Source of the DNA: Narcine bancroftii
Taxonomy: Eukaryota
Reading direction: 5' to 3'
DNA length: 64,000 nucleotides
Assembly: GCF_036971445.1 (NCBI RefSeq)
Contig: NC_091470.1
Location: 258,044,001 to 258,108,000 of the forward strand
Position 1 is the stretch's first letter; each line of letters begins with the position of its first letter. Below are positions 39,430 through 51,400 of the stretch, piece after piece. The notes under the pieces were generated by a model. That model was not told the origin of the DNA. It worked only from the letters and a program-made list of their open reading frames with translations, and ran no database searches. The translations under genes were made by a program, and so were the position numbers.

Positions 39430-40075
39430 TCCTGTAATCTTGAATCATTTTAAAATCCTGCGACTGCAGGGTGTGAGCCCAAGAGGGTGGCACTTGTGCT
39501 GGCAGCAGCCTCAAGGGGTTGCAGACTCCAGGAAACTGAGGTCTGCGCAGGGCACCAGATACAGAGAGAACTCTTCCTGCTCCCCTCCACCCCACCATTT
39601 CAGAAGGAGATGATCCCACAGGGTGATGACAACGACGGCTGAATAACCCACAGTCAGCGCGGGCTGTTGGTGACTCAAGGCGAGGAATTCACACAAACTG
39701 CAGGCTGCTGACAACTTGCAGTCAAAGGACTCACACCAGGCTGCATAATGCAGACTGGCTCAAGGCTGTACCAGATATGAGAACTGGGATGCGAGAGGGT
39801 GCTGAGGGCGGGAAGGGCACCCGAGGGGCTTCGGGCACTAAAGGCCTCTGATCCTGTCAGAGGTTTGGATCTGGAGCACAGGTTGCCGATGATTTGGAAT
39901 GGTTTGTGAGGCTGAAAAGGCAAAGGGAGTGCTTGAGGCAAATCCACAGACAACCTGTGACACTGAAAAGGCTCTCTTTTGTTTCTCTTTCTCTGACTGT
40001 AAGGGGTGCCAGGCAATTTCTGCTGATGACAAACTAAATGCAATTTCATTTAATATTGCATATGAATCTTGAAAT
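39430..40075 (+). mobile_element. Unclassified non-coding retroposon (longest copy)
   Basis: GC-richer body; 3' end shared with 37830-37960; gaatcttgaa tail. Confidence 0.55.
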
Positions 40076-40241
40076 CCCGCAGCGTCCGTAGGAGGCAAAG
40101 ATACAGTGTCCTCTTGGGACAAAGACACTTTTTTCTGTGCTCCACAGTTTTAAATTTGTAATCAAACAATTCACGTCTGATTAAAGTGCACATTCCAGAT
40201 TTGATTAAAGGTTATTTATCTATATTTTAGTTTGACTATGT

Positions 40242-41336
40242 TTACATCCGGTACCGCACGGATGGCAGTCTCTTCAATCTGAGGCGCCTGCAAGCTCACA
40301 CCAAGACACAAGAGAAACTTGTCCGTGAACTACTCTTTGCAGATGATGCCGCTTTAGTTGCCCATTCAGAGCCAGCTCTTCAGCGCTTGACGTCCTGCTT
40401 TGCGGAAACTGCCAAAATGTTTGGCCTGGAAGTCAGCCTGAAGAAAACTGAGGTCCTCCATCAGCCAGCTCCCCACCATGACTACCAGCCCCCCCACATC
40501 TCCATCGGGCACACAAAACTCAAAACGGTCAACCAGTTTACCTATCTCGGCTGCACCATTTCATCAGATGCAAGGATCGACAATGAGATAGACAACAGAC
40601 TCGCCAAGGCAAATAGCGCCTTTGGAAGACTACACAAAAGAGTCTGGAAAAACAACCAACTGAAAAACCTCACAAAGATAAGCGTATACAGAGCCGTTGT
40701 CATACCCACACTCCTGTTCGGCTCCGAATCATGGGTCCTCTACCGGCACCACCTACGGCTCCTAGAACGCTTCCACCAGCGTTGCCTCCGCTCCATCCTC
40801 AACATCCATTGGAGCGCTCACACCCCTAACGTCGAGGTACTCGAGATGGCAGAGGTCGACAGCATCGAGTCCACGCTGCTGAAGATCCAGCTGCGCTGGA
40901 TGGGTCACGTCTCCAGAATGGAGGACCATCGCCTTCCCAAGATCGTATTATATGGCGAGCTCTCCACTGGCCACCGTGACAGAGGTGCACCAAAGAAAAG
41001 GTACAAGGACTGCCTAAAGAAATCTCTTGGTGCCTGCCACATTGACCACCGCCAGTGGGCTGATAACGCCTCAAACCGTGCATCTTGGCGCCTCACAGTT
41101 TGGCGGGCAGCAGCCTCCTTTGAAGAAGACCGCAGAGCCCACCTCACTGACAAAAGGCAAAGGAGGAAAAACCCAACACCCAACCCCAACCAACCAATTT
41201 TCCCTTGCAACCGCTGCAATCGTGTCTGCCTGTCCCGCATCGGAATGGTCAGCCACAAACGAGCCTGCAGCTGACGTGGACTTTTTTACCCCCTCCATAA
41301 ATCTTTGTCCGCGAAGCCAAGCCAAAGAAGAAAGAA
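40242..41336 (+). mobile_element. Young 5'-truncated RTE LINE (BovB-like); frame 40243-41274 still open
   Basis: YIRYRTDGSLFNLRRL...LLFADDAAL...FTYLGCTIS...C-terminal CNRC..SHKRAC; perfect 13-bp TSD agtttgactatgt (40229-40241 and 41337-41349). Confidence 0.97.
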
Positions 41337-42517
41337 AGTTTGACTATGTAGAAATTACAGCGCTTTTTCTATAGAGTCCCCCCATCTCAGGGCACCATAA
41401 TGTTTGAGAAATACGGCTTCACATGTGTTTATGATTATTCAGGTATGTTTAATTGCTTAATTGGTGCAGGTATAAGAGAGCTCAACTTGCTTCTAAGCTT
41501 TTGATCACCTTTGGAGTGTGTAGTTGCCATTTTTCAACATGAGGACCAGAGTTATGCCACGGAAAGTCAAAGAAGCCATTATGAGGCTGAAAAACAAGAA
41601 TAAAACAGTTAGAGTCAAAACAGTCAAACCTTGGGACGACCAAAATCAACTGTTTTGAACATCTTTTAAGATAGAGCGTACTGGTGAGCTCAGTAATTGC
41701 AAAGGGATTAGTAGGCCAAGGAAGACCTTCACAGCTGATGACAGAAGAATTCTAATACAGAAAAATCCCCAAATGTCTGTCCGACAGATCAGAAACACTC
41801 TTCAGGAGGCAGGTGTAGATATGTCAATGACTACTGTCCACATCAATTGAAATACAGAGGTTCCTCTGCAAGATGCAAACCAGCCACACAAACAGGATGG
41901 CAAGATTACATTTTGCCAAGAAGTATTTAAAAGACCCTGCAGAATTCTGGAAATAGGTCTTGTGGACAGATGACACCAAGATTAACCTGCAGCACAGTGA
42001 TGGCAAGAGCAAAGTGTGGAGGCGTGAAGAAACTGCCCAAGATATTGGAAGCTTAAATGGGGAACAGGCTATTAGGTAGGAAATTGGAAGCTTAAATTAG
42101 GAACAGATGTTCTCAGGGAAAATTTCAGAAGAAATGTAGCAAATGTTCAGGGTATATTTGTGTGAAGTTCTTCATAGGTACATTCCAATGAGACAGCGAA
42201 GTTATGGTCGGGTACAGCAAACGTAGTGTACAAGGGCTGTTAAAAAAAATCTAGTCAAGAAGAATAGCTTTCAAAAGGTTCAGAGAGCTAGTTAATGTTA
42301 GAGAAAAAGATTATAAGGCTAACAGGAAGAAGCTTAAAAAAGGGAATTAGAAGAGCCAGAAGGGGACATGAGAAGGCCTTGATGGGCAGGATTAAAGGCA
42401 CTCTGCAAGTATGTGAAGAGCAAGCGGATAAGACGTGAAAGAATAGGACCCATCAAGGGTGACAGTGGGAAAGTGTGTTATGTAACCGGAGGAAATAGCA
42501 GAGGTGCTTAATTAATG

Positions 42518-43150
42518 CAGTGGAACCCCGATTTAAAGTGATTTCCAATATAACGCGATGAGTCACTGGACTCCTTAACGTCCACATTCCATTCTTTGAG
42601 ATAGGACGTTAATCGAGCCCATTTTTAAAAGATGCAATACCAGGGATGGCCACCCTGTGGCGCAGCGGATGTTTAGAAGTGGCGTGTCTAAACGATTAAA
42701 GTAAGTACAGTAATGTACATCTTGGTGGGGAATTCATCACATTGATGAAAAGGAGTATATTGCTGAGAATGGGATGGGGGTGGTGTGTATTGCTGAGATT
42801 TGGGGGTGGTGAGTGCTACCACAAACTGTGGGGGAGGGGAAGAGGGTAATGTGAGTGCTGCTATGAACAGGGGATGGGAAGGGAGTGTATCCGCAAATAG
42901 GGTGGGGGGGGGTGAATGCTACTGCAAACGAGGGGTGGGGGTGAGTGCTGTCACGAATGGGGGGGTGAGAAGGGAGTGAACTGCGAACAGGGTGGGGGGA
43001 TGAGTACTGCCCCGAACATGGGGGTGATGTGGTTGCTGCTGCGATCGGTGTGTGTGTGTGTGTGTGCGCGTATTGTACACAGTAGTGAGACCCCAATTTT
43101 GATACGATTTTTTTGGGCCCCAACTCTCACATTAGAACGGGATTCCACTA
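42518..43150. mobile_element. Tigger/pogo-type MITE inside CR1, with an internal G-rich tandem array (about 42760-43045)
   Basis: cagtggaaccccgatttaaagtga / tcacattagaacgggattccacta TIRs; the CR1 frame EIAEVLN..FTSIF resumes after it. Confidence 0.8.
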
Positions 43151-44127
43151 TAATTTACTTCAATATTCACGATGGAAAAGGATCTCGATGGTTGTAGAGA
43201 TGACTTGCAGCAGACTGAAAAGCTCGAGCATGTAGATATTAAGGGGAAAGATGTGCTGGAGTGTTTGGAAAGCATCAAGTTGGATACATTGCCAGGACCG
43301 GATGAGAGGTACCCCAGGCTACTGTGGGAGGCGAAGGAGGAAATTGCTAAACCTCTGGCAATGATCTTTAAATCATCAATAGAGATGGGAGAGGTACTGG
43401 AGGATTAGAAGGTTGCGGATGTTGTTCCTCTATTCAAGAAAGGAAGTAGAGATAGCCCAGGAAATTATAGACCAGTGAATCTTACTTCAATGGTTGGTCA
43501 GTTGATGGAGAAGGATTTATGAACATTTGGAGAGGTATAATATGATTAGGAATAGTCAACATGGCTTTTCCAAGGGCAGGTCGTGTCTTACGAACCTGAT
43601 TGAATTTTTTAAGGATGTGACTAAATGCATTGATACAGGAAGAGTAGTAAATGTAGTGTATATGGATTTCAGCAAGGCATTTGATAAGGTACCCCATGTC
43701 AGGCTTATTGAGACAGTAAGGAAGCATGGGATCCAAGGGGACATTGCTTTGTGGATCCAGAACTGGCTTTCCCACAGAAAACAAAGAGTGGTTGTAGATG
43801 GGTCATATTTTCCATGGAGATTGGTGACCAGTGGTATTCCTTAGGGATCTGTTCTGGGACCCTTACTCTTCGTGATTTTTATAAATGACCTGGATGAGGA
43901 AATGGAAGGATGGGTTAGTAAATTTGCTGATGACACTAAGGTTAGGAGTGTTGTGAATAGTGTGGAGGGCTCTCAAGAGGTTACAGTGGGACATTGATTG
44001 GATGCAAAACTGGGCTGAAAAGTTTTGGCAGGTGGAGTTCAACCCAGATAAGCGTGAAGTAGTTCATTTCAGTAGGTCAAATATGATGACAGAATATAGT
44101 ATTAATGGTAAGATTATTGGCAATGTG

Positions 44128-44682
44128 CTGTCGACCTCTGCCATCTCGAGTACTTCGACGTTAGGGGTGTAAGCGCTCCAATGGATGTTGAGGATGGAGC
44201 GGAGACAACGCTCCGAGTCCACGCTGCTGAAGATCCAGCTGCGCTGGATGGGTCACGTCTCCAGAATGGAGGACCATCGCCTTCCCAAGATCGTGTTATA
44301 TGGCGAGCTCTCCACTGGCCACCGTGACAGAGGTGCACCAAAGAAAAGGTACAAGGACTGCCTAAAGAAATCTCTTGGTGCCTGCCACATTGTCCACCAC
44401 CAGTGGGCTGATATCGCCTCAAACCGTGCATCTTGGCGCCTCACAGTTTGGCGGGCAGCAACCTCCTTTGAAGAAGACCGCAGAGCCCACCTCACTGACA
44501 AAAGGCAAAGGAGGAAAAACCCAACACCCAACCCCAACCAACCAATTTTCCCTTGCAACCGCTGCAATCGTGTCTGCCTGTCCCGCATCGGACTTGTCAG
44601 CCACAAACGAGCCTGCAGCTGACGTGGACTTTTTACCCCCTCCATAAATCTTCGTCCGCGAAGCCAAGCCAAAGAAAGAAAG
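44128..44682 (+). mobile_element. Young RTE insertion with a 5' inversion
   Basis: 12-bp TSD attggcaatgtg; 44128-44212 is the reverse complement of 40778-40862; 44214 onward matches 40866 onward. Confidence 0.95.
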
Positions 44683-46005
44683 ATTGGCAATGTGGAGGAT
44701 CAGAGCGATCTTGAGGGTTCAAATCCATGGGACGCTTAAAGCAGCTATGCAGATTGATTCTATGGTTAAGAAGGCAGATGGTCTATTGGTCATCATTAAT
44801 CGTGGAATTGAATTTAGGCCCCAAGAGGTAATGTTGTAGCTATACAGGACCCTGGTCAGATCCTACTTGGAGTACTGTATGCAGTTATGGTCACCTCACT
44901 ACTGGAAGTCATTGAAAGGATTTTCAGGGATGTTGCCTAATTTAGTGGGCATGCCTTATGACAACAGGTTGAGTAAACTCAGCCTTTTCTCCTTAGAGTG
45001 GTGGAGGATGAGAGGTGACCTGTTAGAGGTCAGAGTTAGAGGCTTTTTTCCATGGCTGAAATGGCTGCCACAAGAGGACACAGGTTTAAGGTGTTGGGGA
45101 GTAGGTTCAGAAATGTCAGGGGTAAGTTTGTAACACAGAGTGGTGGGTGCGTGGAATGGGCTGTTGGCAATAGTAGTGGAGGCTGATATGTTAAGGACCT
45201 TTAAGAGACTTTTGGATAGGTAAATGGAGCTTGGAAAAATAGAGGGCTATGGAAAAGCCTAGTAATTTCTACGGTAGTGGCATGTTCGGCACAACTTTGG
45301 GCCAAAGGGCCTGTATTGTGCTATGTTTTCTATGTTTCTAAGATCCAAAGCATACCACCTCATCTGTGAAACCTGTTGGTGGGGGTATTATGGCCTGAGC
45401 ATGTATGGCTGTCACAGGTACAGGCACACATATCTTCACTGATGATGCAACTGTTGATGGCAGTAGCAAAATTAATTCTGAGGTGTATAGAAACATCTAA
45501 CTGCCCAGGTTCGAGCAAATGCCTCTAAACTCATTGGACAATGATTCATGCTGCAGCAAGACAATGATTCCAAAAGATATTGCTAAAGCAACAAAGGAGA
45601 TTTTCAAAGCTTAAAAATTAGAAAATTCTTGAATGGCCAAGTCAGTCACCCAATCAAAATCCATTGAGCATGCCTTCCATATGCTGAAGAGAAAACTTGA
45701 GGAGACAAGCCCCCAAAACAGGCAGGAGCTGAAGATGGCTTCAGTAGAGGCCTGACAGATAACTATTTCAATATACATGCCATGCTATATCCCAAATATT
45801 ATGGTGCTTTGAATTGAGGGGACTATGTATAAAAAGTGCTGTAATTTCTACATGATCAAACCAGGTTATACAAATAACCTTCAATAAAATCTGGAATGTG
45901 CACTTTAATCAAACATGAATTGTTTGATTACAAATTTAAAACTGTGGAGCACAGGGGCAAATAAAGGAAAAAAATTGTCTGTCCCAAACATTACGGCGGG
46001 TACTG

Positions 46006-46290
46006 TATATTATCAGGCCTGAGCCCTTCATTAAAGTATGAGTGAAAAACAGGCAGGTGTCTGAATAAAAAGGTTGGGGAGGATGGAAGAAAGCTTTGGG
46101 AAAGGAGCACAGACTATGGCAAAGTGGTCATAGATGGACATGGTTAAGAGGGCAGGAGAGAAAAGCTGCGAATTGATCAGGGAAGGGGGTAGCTCTGTGA
46201 ATGCAGAGGTGGAAGAAAGGAGACAGAGGGATATGGAAAGAGAGAAGCATGGGGGAGTGGGCTATGAGAACTGGAGAAGTCAATCTGAGA
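46006..46290 (-). mobile_element. Penelope pLTR fragment (other part at about 40076-40103), split by Tc1
   Basis: gcagcgtccgtaggaggcaaagata | tatattatcaggcctgagcccttc rejoin into the same pLTR seen at 30840-30900. Confidence 0.7.
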
Positions 46291-48465
46291 GGGCAGTTTG
46301 GATTTACAAAAGTTCATTGCATTTACTCCTTGTTTGTCATTAGTATTGTATTTGAATGTTGCTATCAGATGCAATGAAACCAGGCGCTCATTTGTTTTAC
46401 TGGGTCAAGTAATGTTCAGTTTCCATATTTTCTAAATGAAAATTCAGAATAGGATAAATAGTAGCTGGCCTGGTAACATGTAACCAGTTGATTGAAGTTC
46501 TCAACATCGAGGTGGCCCTTTTTATTACTGTATTTAGATTTTGTCAAGTTTCACGCTTGGAGGACAGAACATTGTTAAAGTCCTGAAATAATTCACCATC
46601 TGAAAGAGTTAGACAGTAGATTAAAACTTTGAACCAAAACAGTAAGCTGCTTCCCCTCCTGTATTGTTTTTATTAGCCAATTAGGATAAAAGCAGCGTGT
46701 TCTGAACAATAACAAGGAGATCATGAGTAAAGAGCTGCTATTTGTGAACCAGATTACAGGAACCAAAGTTCGGAATATTGAACACTGAGTCCACCTTTTA
46801 ATTCATGAACTAGCTGATTAGTTTATACATTAATAACATGGTTGAGAAATTAATTTCCCAAGCACATTGAGGCCTATTGTTTTGGATGGTTTCTGATTTC
46901 TAATATTCTGCTGCCATTTGTATATGTGTAGCCACCATCCTTGAAGAAAACTGAAACTTCATATTAAATTAATTACTCTGTATCAACCCAAATGGGAAAA
47001 GTAACCATAATAATCTGACAGCTGATTGATATTCTTTTCATTATCTGTGATAATGAGGCCAAAAAAACTCTTGGTTCTAAGTTGACAGCTGTTTAATATC
47101 AAAGCCAAACTGAAGATTAAAAATAGCCTTTAAATACCTGGTTGATTTTTTTTTCAAAATCTCCAATAATGTACAAATTCCTGGTGAGAGTTAACATGGA
47201 TAGTGGAGTGGCGCCATGACAATATTCAATCCCAAACTGGCACAGAAATGCGAAGGCCTAGTTTAAGACATTAACAGAAAGCTGTTATGCTTGAACTTGC
47301 TGTGAAATAGCTGTAGTCCACTTTAAATTTGTATTCAATTACTGTAGTTGTAATTTGGGAGGGATGGTGAGCAAGTCTTGAATTGGGTGATTAAACATCT
47401 GGTTCCCCCTTTCCAAATCCAACCTGAGTCCCCCATCAGAAAGATAATTGTTTTGAGAAGGACGAGTAGAAATTGTGTTGCTGCCATTGCTCAGTGGACC
47501 TGATTGCAGTCTGGATGTAATAACTGACTCTTCTGACTGGGCTTTCTAACTGGCCTCATAAGCAGGAGGTGATTTTTAAAAAAATCCCTGACACACATCA
47601 CTCATTGTGTCCAGCTCAAGTATAAATCAAAGTCTCTGAAGGAAGAATATTCAAAACAGAGATTCAGTTATCCACTCATTGCTCTGGAACTGACTGCTTT
47701 CAACCAACAGATAACTGCAGACCTCTCCCATGAGAAAATAATGCACAGAGAGGAGCAGCAATTTTGAAAATTCACATATGTAAAATGAGGTTGAATTTCC
47801 AGCAGTTTAAACATGCAATCCCAGAGAAGATTATGTTTTAAGAAACCCAAAGTTGATAAAGTACTTGGGTCCCAAATTACCAGCCCTCTCAAGTCCATCT
47901 TTCCTTTTAATCCTACTGAGGCTTATTTCTTGTAACTCTACCACCAGGTAGGATTTGCTTCCTTTGGGCGAAGGGCTTTGAGAAATTTAGTTTTGTTAAA
48001 AGTGTTATATAAATAAATGCAATTGATATCTGCAAACCTTTTAATTAAGACTGCTTAGAATGTTGAATTCTCTTACACAAGCTGAGTTATTTTAAAAGTG
48101 AACCAGAGACTTGAAAGGGTATAGTGAGCAAGTGGAACAGTAAAGAGATACTGGATGACTTCTGTGGATGCAAAAACGCGGCAAAGATTTGACAGACCAA
48201 ATAGACTAACTACTGCATTATAAATAATACATCAAAGGTAAATTCAAAAGTATGTTCTGTAACTTTTCTCATGATAATTAATACAATAAATCAAGAGGAA
48301 AACATCTCTTGAGGAAGTTGAATCAAATCAAGTGAACCCTTTAATATTCTAAAGGATTATGTGGACTAAAGGAAAAGAATTATAGGTTTGAACAAAGCAG
48401 ATGTTTTCCAGCAATGATAAATCAAATTCTCATAAAAGTTTTTTTACTGTTCGAAATAATAGATC

Positions 48466-51400
48466 TGTAGCATCTGTTAACGGCCGCGCTGTTGAAATGA
48501 AATACGTCCACACACACACACACACACCAACTAGTAACTGACTTTATTTGAATTTCGCGTGCTGCTTTAAGGGTATGAGCCATTACCCGTCTGGAACGCG
48601 TTGACCTGTGAGAGTAACGTCAGGGCATTGCAGAGTCACTGCCTGCTCGGCGCTACGTGACCAGGAAATGGCAACATTGCGTAGGCAATGTGTGTCGCCA
48701 AACTCTGGCTTCTCCTGAGAAGGGAAAGGGGGGGCTCACGCCATTTTGCGCCAACTGACTGGGGCGGAAATTAGGCCCGACTACCCACACAATCGTTTGG
48801 CCCACTGCACCGCACACCCTCCCCTGGAATCGCTGCCACTCTTGGAGCAAGTCACAGTGCTATCTTTAGGTAGGTAGCCTCCGTGTCTGACCTGGGGAGC
48901 TGGGACAGGCAGGGTTTAGTCCAGATCCGCTGCCTTGAGGTGGTCAATGGTAAGCATGTCCTGCTGCAGTCAGGGTGAAAACGACACCGTCGCGCTGCAA
49001 CACCTTGAATGGGCCTTCATAGTTGCTGTCCTTTGTGAGTGAAAACAAAGTCGGTTGGCTGCAAATCAACAAGGACGTGGCAGGGTGGAGAGCCATGCCG
49101 GGAAGGTGGCGGAGGTTTGGGTTTAACTATCTGTTGTCTTCAGCGCTGGAGGATGTCTAAGGCACTGGGGTGTGGGCTGGAATTGTTGAAGTGAATATTT
49201 CCTGTGATGGTAAGTGGGGAACCATGCACTATCTCAGCAGACGACTCTGGCAGGTCTTTTAGTGCTGTGCAAATTACCAACAGTACCCATGGGAGTTCAT
49301 CCATCCAATTCGGACCTTGTAGTCAGGCTTTCAGGGCTGCTTTCAGATGGCAGTGAAAACGTTCAACAAGTCCTTTTGCCTGAGGATGGTAGTTGGTGGT
49401 GTGATGTAACTGGCTGCCACAGAACTTGGCTAGGCTTGACTAGAGTGAGGAAGTGAACTAAGCCCCTTGATCCGAGATGAAGTGGGTTGGGTGCGCCAAA
49501 ATGTGCGACCCAACTGGACATAAAGGCTCTGGCGCAAGTCTCTGTGTCGCATGTGGGCCAACGGATAAAACGATCAACTATTGTGAATAAATACCGCATA
49601 CCTTGGCTCACGGGGAGCGGGTGTCCATGTGCACGTCGTCAAAATGGCATTGCGTCGGGACAAAACTATGGAGAGGTGCCTTGGTATGTCTGTGAACTTT
49701 GGCGCACTGGCAGTCCAAACAAGTCCTAGACCACAGAGTGACGTCACGGCAGAGGCTGTGCCTCATTTTCTTGTCAGAAAACAGACAGACCGTGGACCTT
49801 ATTCAATTATGTGACAAACCATGGAATTGGTCAAACACCCGCCATCATCAGGTCACGGGTAGGATGGGTCTAGGGAAACCTATGTCGCACAGTAAAGTCA
49901 GGCTCCCCAGTGAAGGTCAGAAATCGCTAACCTTAAAACCAGTGATGACGGTCCGGTAGGCCTGGACGTCAGGATCCTCCACCTGGTCCTTGGCCAGTTG
50001 GGCAACATCATGTCCTCTTGAGATGGCCAATCTAGACAGAACATTGGCCACTACATTGGACTTGTCTGCAACATGGCGAATGTCGTTTGTATACTCCGAA
50101 ATATAGGAGAGATGTTGATTTTGCCTTACCAACCATGGGTCTGAGACCTTGCTGAGTGCATGAGTCAGTGGTTTGTGGTCTGTGTAGGCGATGAAAACCC
50201 TTCCTTATAACATGTACTGGAAATGTTGTATTGTCAGGTACAGGGCCAACAGCTTACATTCGAACGCACTGTATTTGAGTTCTGGTGTCCGGAGATGTTT
50301 GCTAAAGAAGGCCAGGGGGCGCAACTGGTCATCGACCCATTGCTCAAGCGCCGTGCCAACTGCTCTGTCCAATACGAGGGTTGTAAGAGCCGGGGAGAGG
50401 AAGAATCAGGATGACCCAGAGATGTGGCATCAGCTAGGCCACTTTTGTGGCCTGGAATGCTTCATCGGTTTTGTGTGCCCATTGGAGGGTCTTGTCACTG
50501 AGTTTTATGAGATCAAATAGAGGTTGCATGAGGGTAGCTGCTCCTGGGAGGAATCGATGATAAAAGTTCACCATCCCTAAAAATTCCTGTAGGCCTTTGA
50601 TGGTGCTCAGCCTGTGGAAACGCTGGATGACTTCTACCTTATCCAGCAGCGGCGTAGCATCTTCGTGGGTGATAAGATGTCAAGGAAATCAGTGGTTTCC
50701 AGACTGAATTGGCATTTAGCTGGGTTCACCGTAGGTCCGAACTCCCTGCAACCACACAAAAAAGTGAGTCAGGTGAGTCCTGTGCATTCTGGTAATGGGA
50801 CTGGCAATGAGGATGTCATCTAGGTAGACAAGGATGAAATCGAGATCCATGCCAATCACATCCATGAGAAGCTAAAACATCTGGGCTGCATTCTTTAAAC
50901 CGAAAGGCATCCGGAGGAACTTGAAGAGGTTGAAAGATGTAATAATCGTCATTTTCTGGGCGTCGTTAGGACGCTCCAGAATCTGATAGTATCCCTTGTG
51001 GAGATACACCTTTGAGAAAACCCTGGAGCCATGTTGCGAAGTCTTGGACGTGTGGGTGAGGGTATCTATCTGGGACTGTGATGTCATTGAGCTGTCTGTA
51101 GTCACCACACGGACACCAACTGCCAGAGTTCTTCTGGACCCTGTGCAGCGGGGACGCCCAGGGGCTGTTTCAACAGTGGATACCCAACTCCTTCATGGCA
51201 GCAAACTCAGTCTTGGCTTGGAGGAGTTTGTCCTGTAGAGCCGCTGTGGCTGTGCGTACACTGGTGGTCTGGTGGTTTCGATGTGGTGCTCCATGCCATG
51301 TGCTGGTTTAGCATCATGGAAATTGGGCACCAACAGTGATGGATACTTGGCCAGTAAAAGGACATATTTGTTGCAGTCAAGAGCGTAGATTCCCAATGAC

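Larger units (their letters stand above)
42044..45339 (+). mobile_element. CR1 LINE inserted in the Tc1 transposase
   Basis: PGPDERYPRLL, SQHGFSKGRSCLTNL, YMDFSKAFDKVPH and KFADDTK; 5-bp TSD aagat; (tttctatg)n tail. Confidence 0.92.
40104..46005 (+). mobile_element. Tc1-family transposon with long IR/DR-type TIRs and a decayed transposase (41539-42043 plus 45345 to about 45770), interrupted by nested inserts
   Basis: TA flanks. Left TIR (40104-40241 plus 41350-41410) mirrors about 45790-46005. Motifs MRTRVMPRKVKEAIM, GRPRKT, VLWTDDTKINL, GGGIMA, LQQDND and LEWPSQSP. Confidence 0.92.

Noticed and set aside
40387-41274. 295-aa ORF as a host or domesticated gene
   Set aside because: It is the 3' part of an RTE ORF with a TSD and tail, no true start, and near-identical copies elsewhere.
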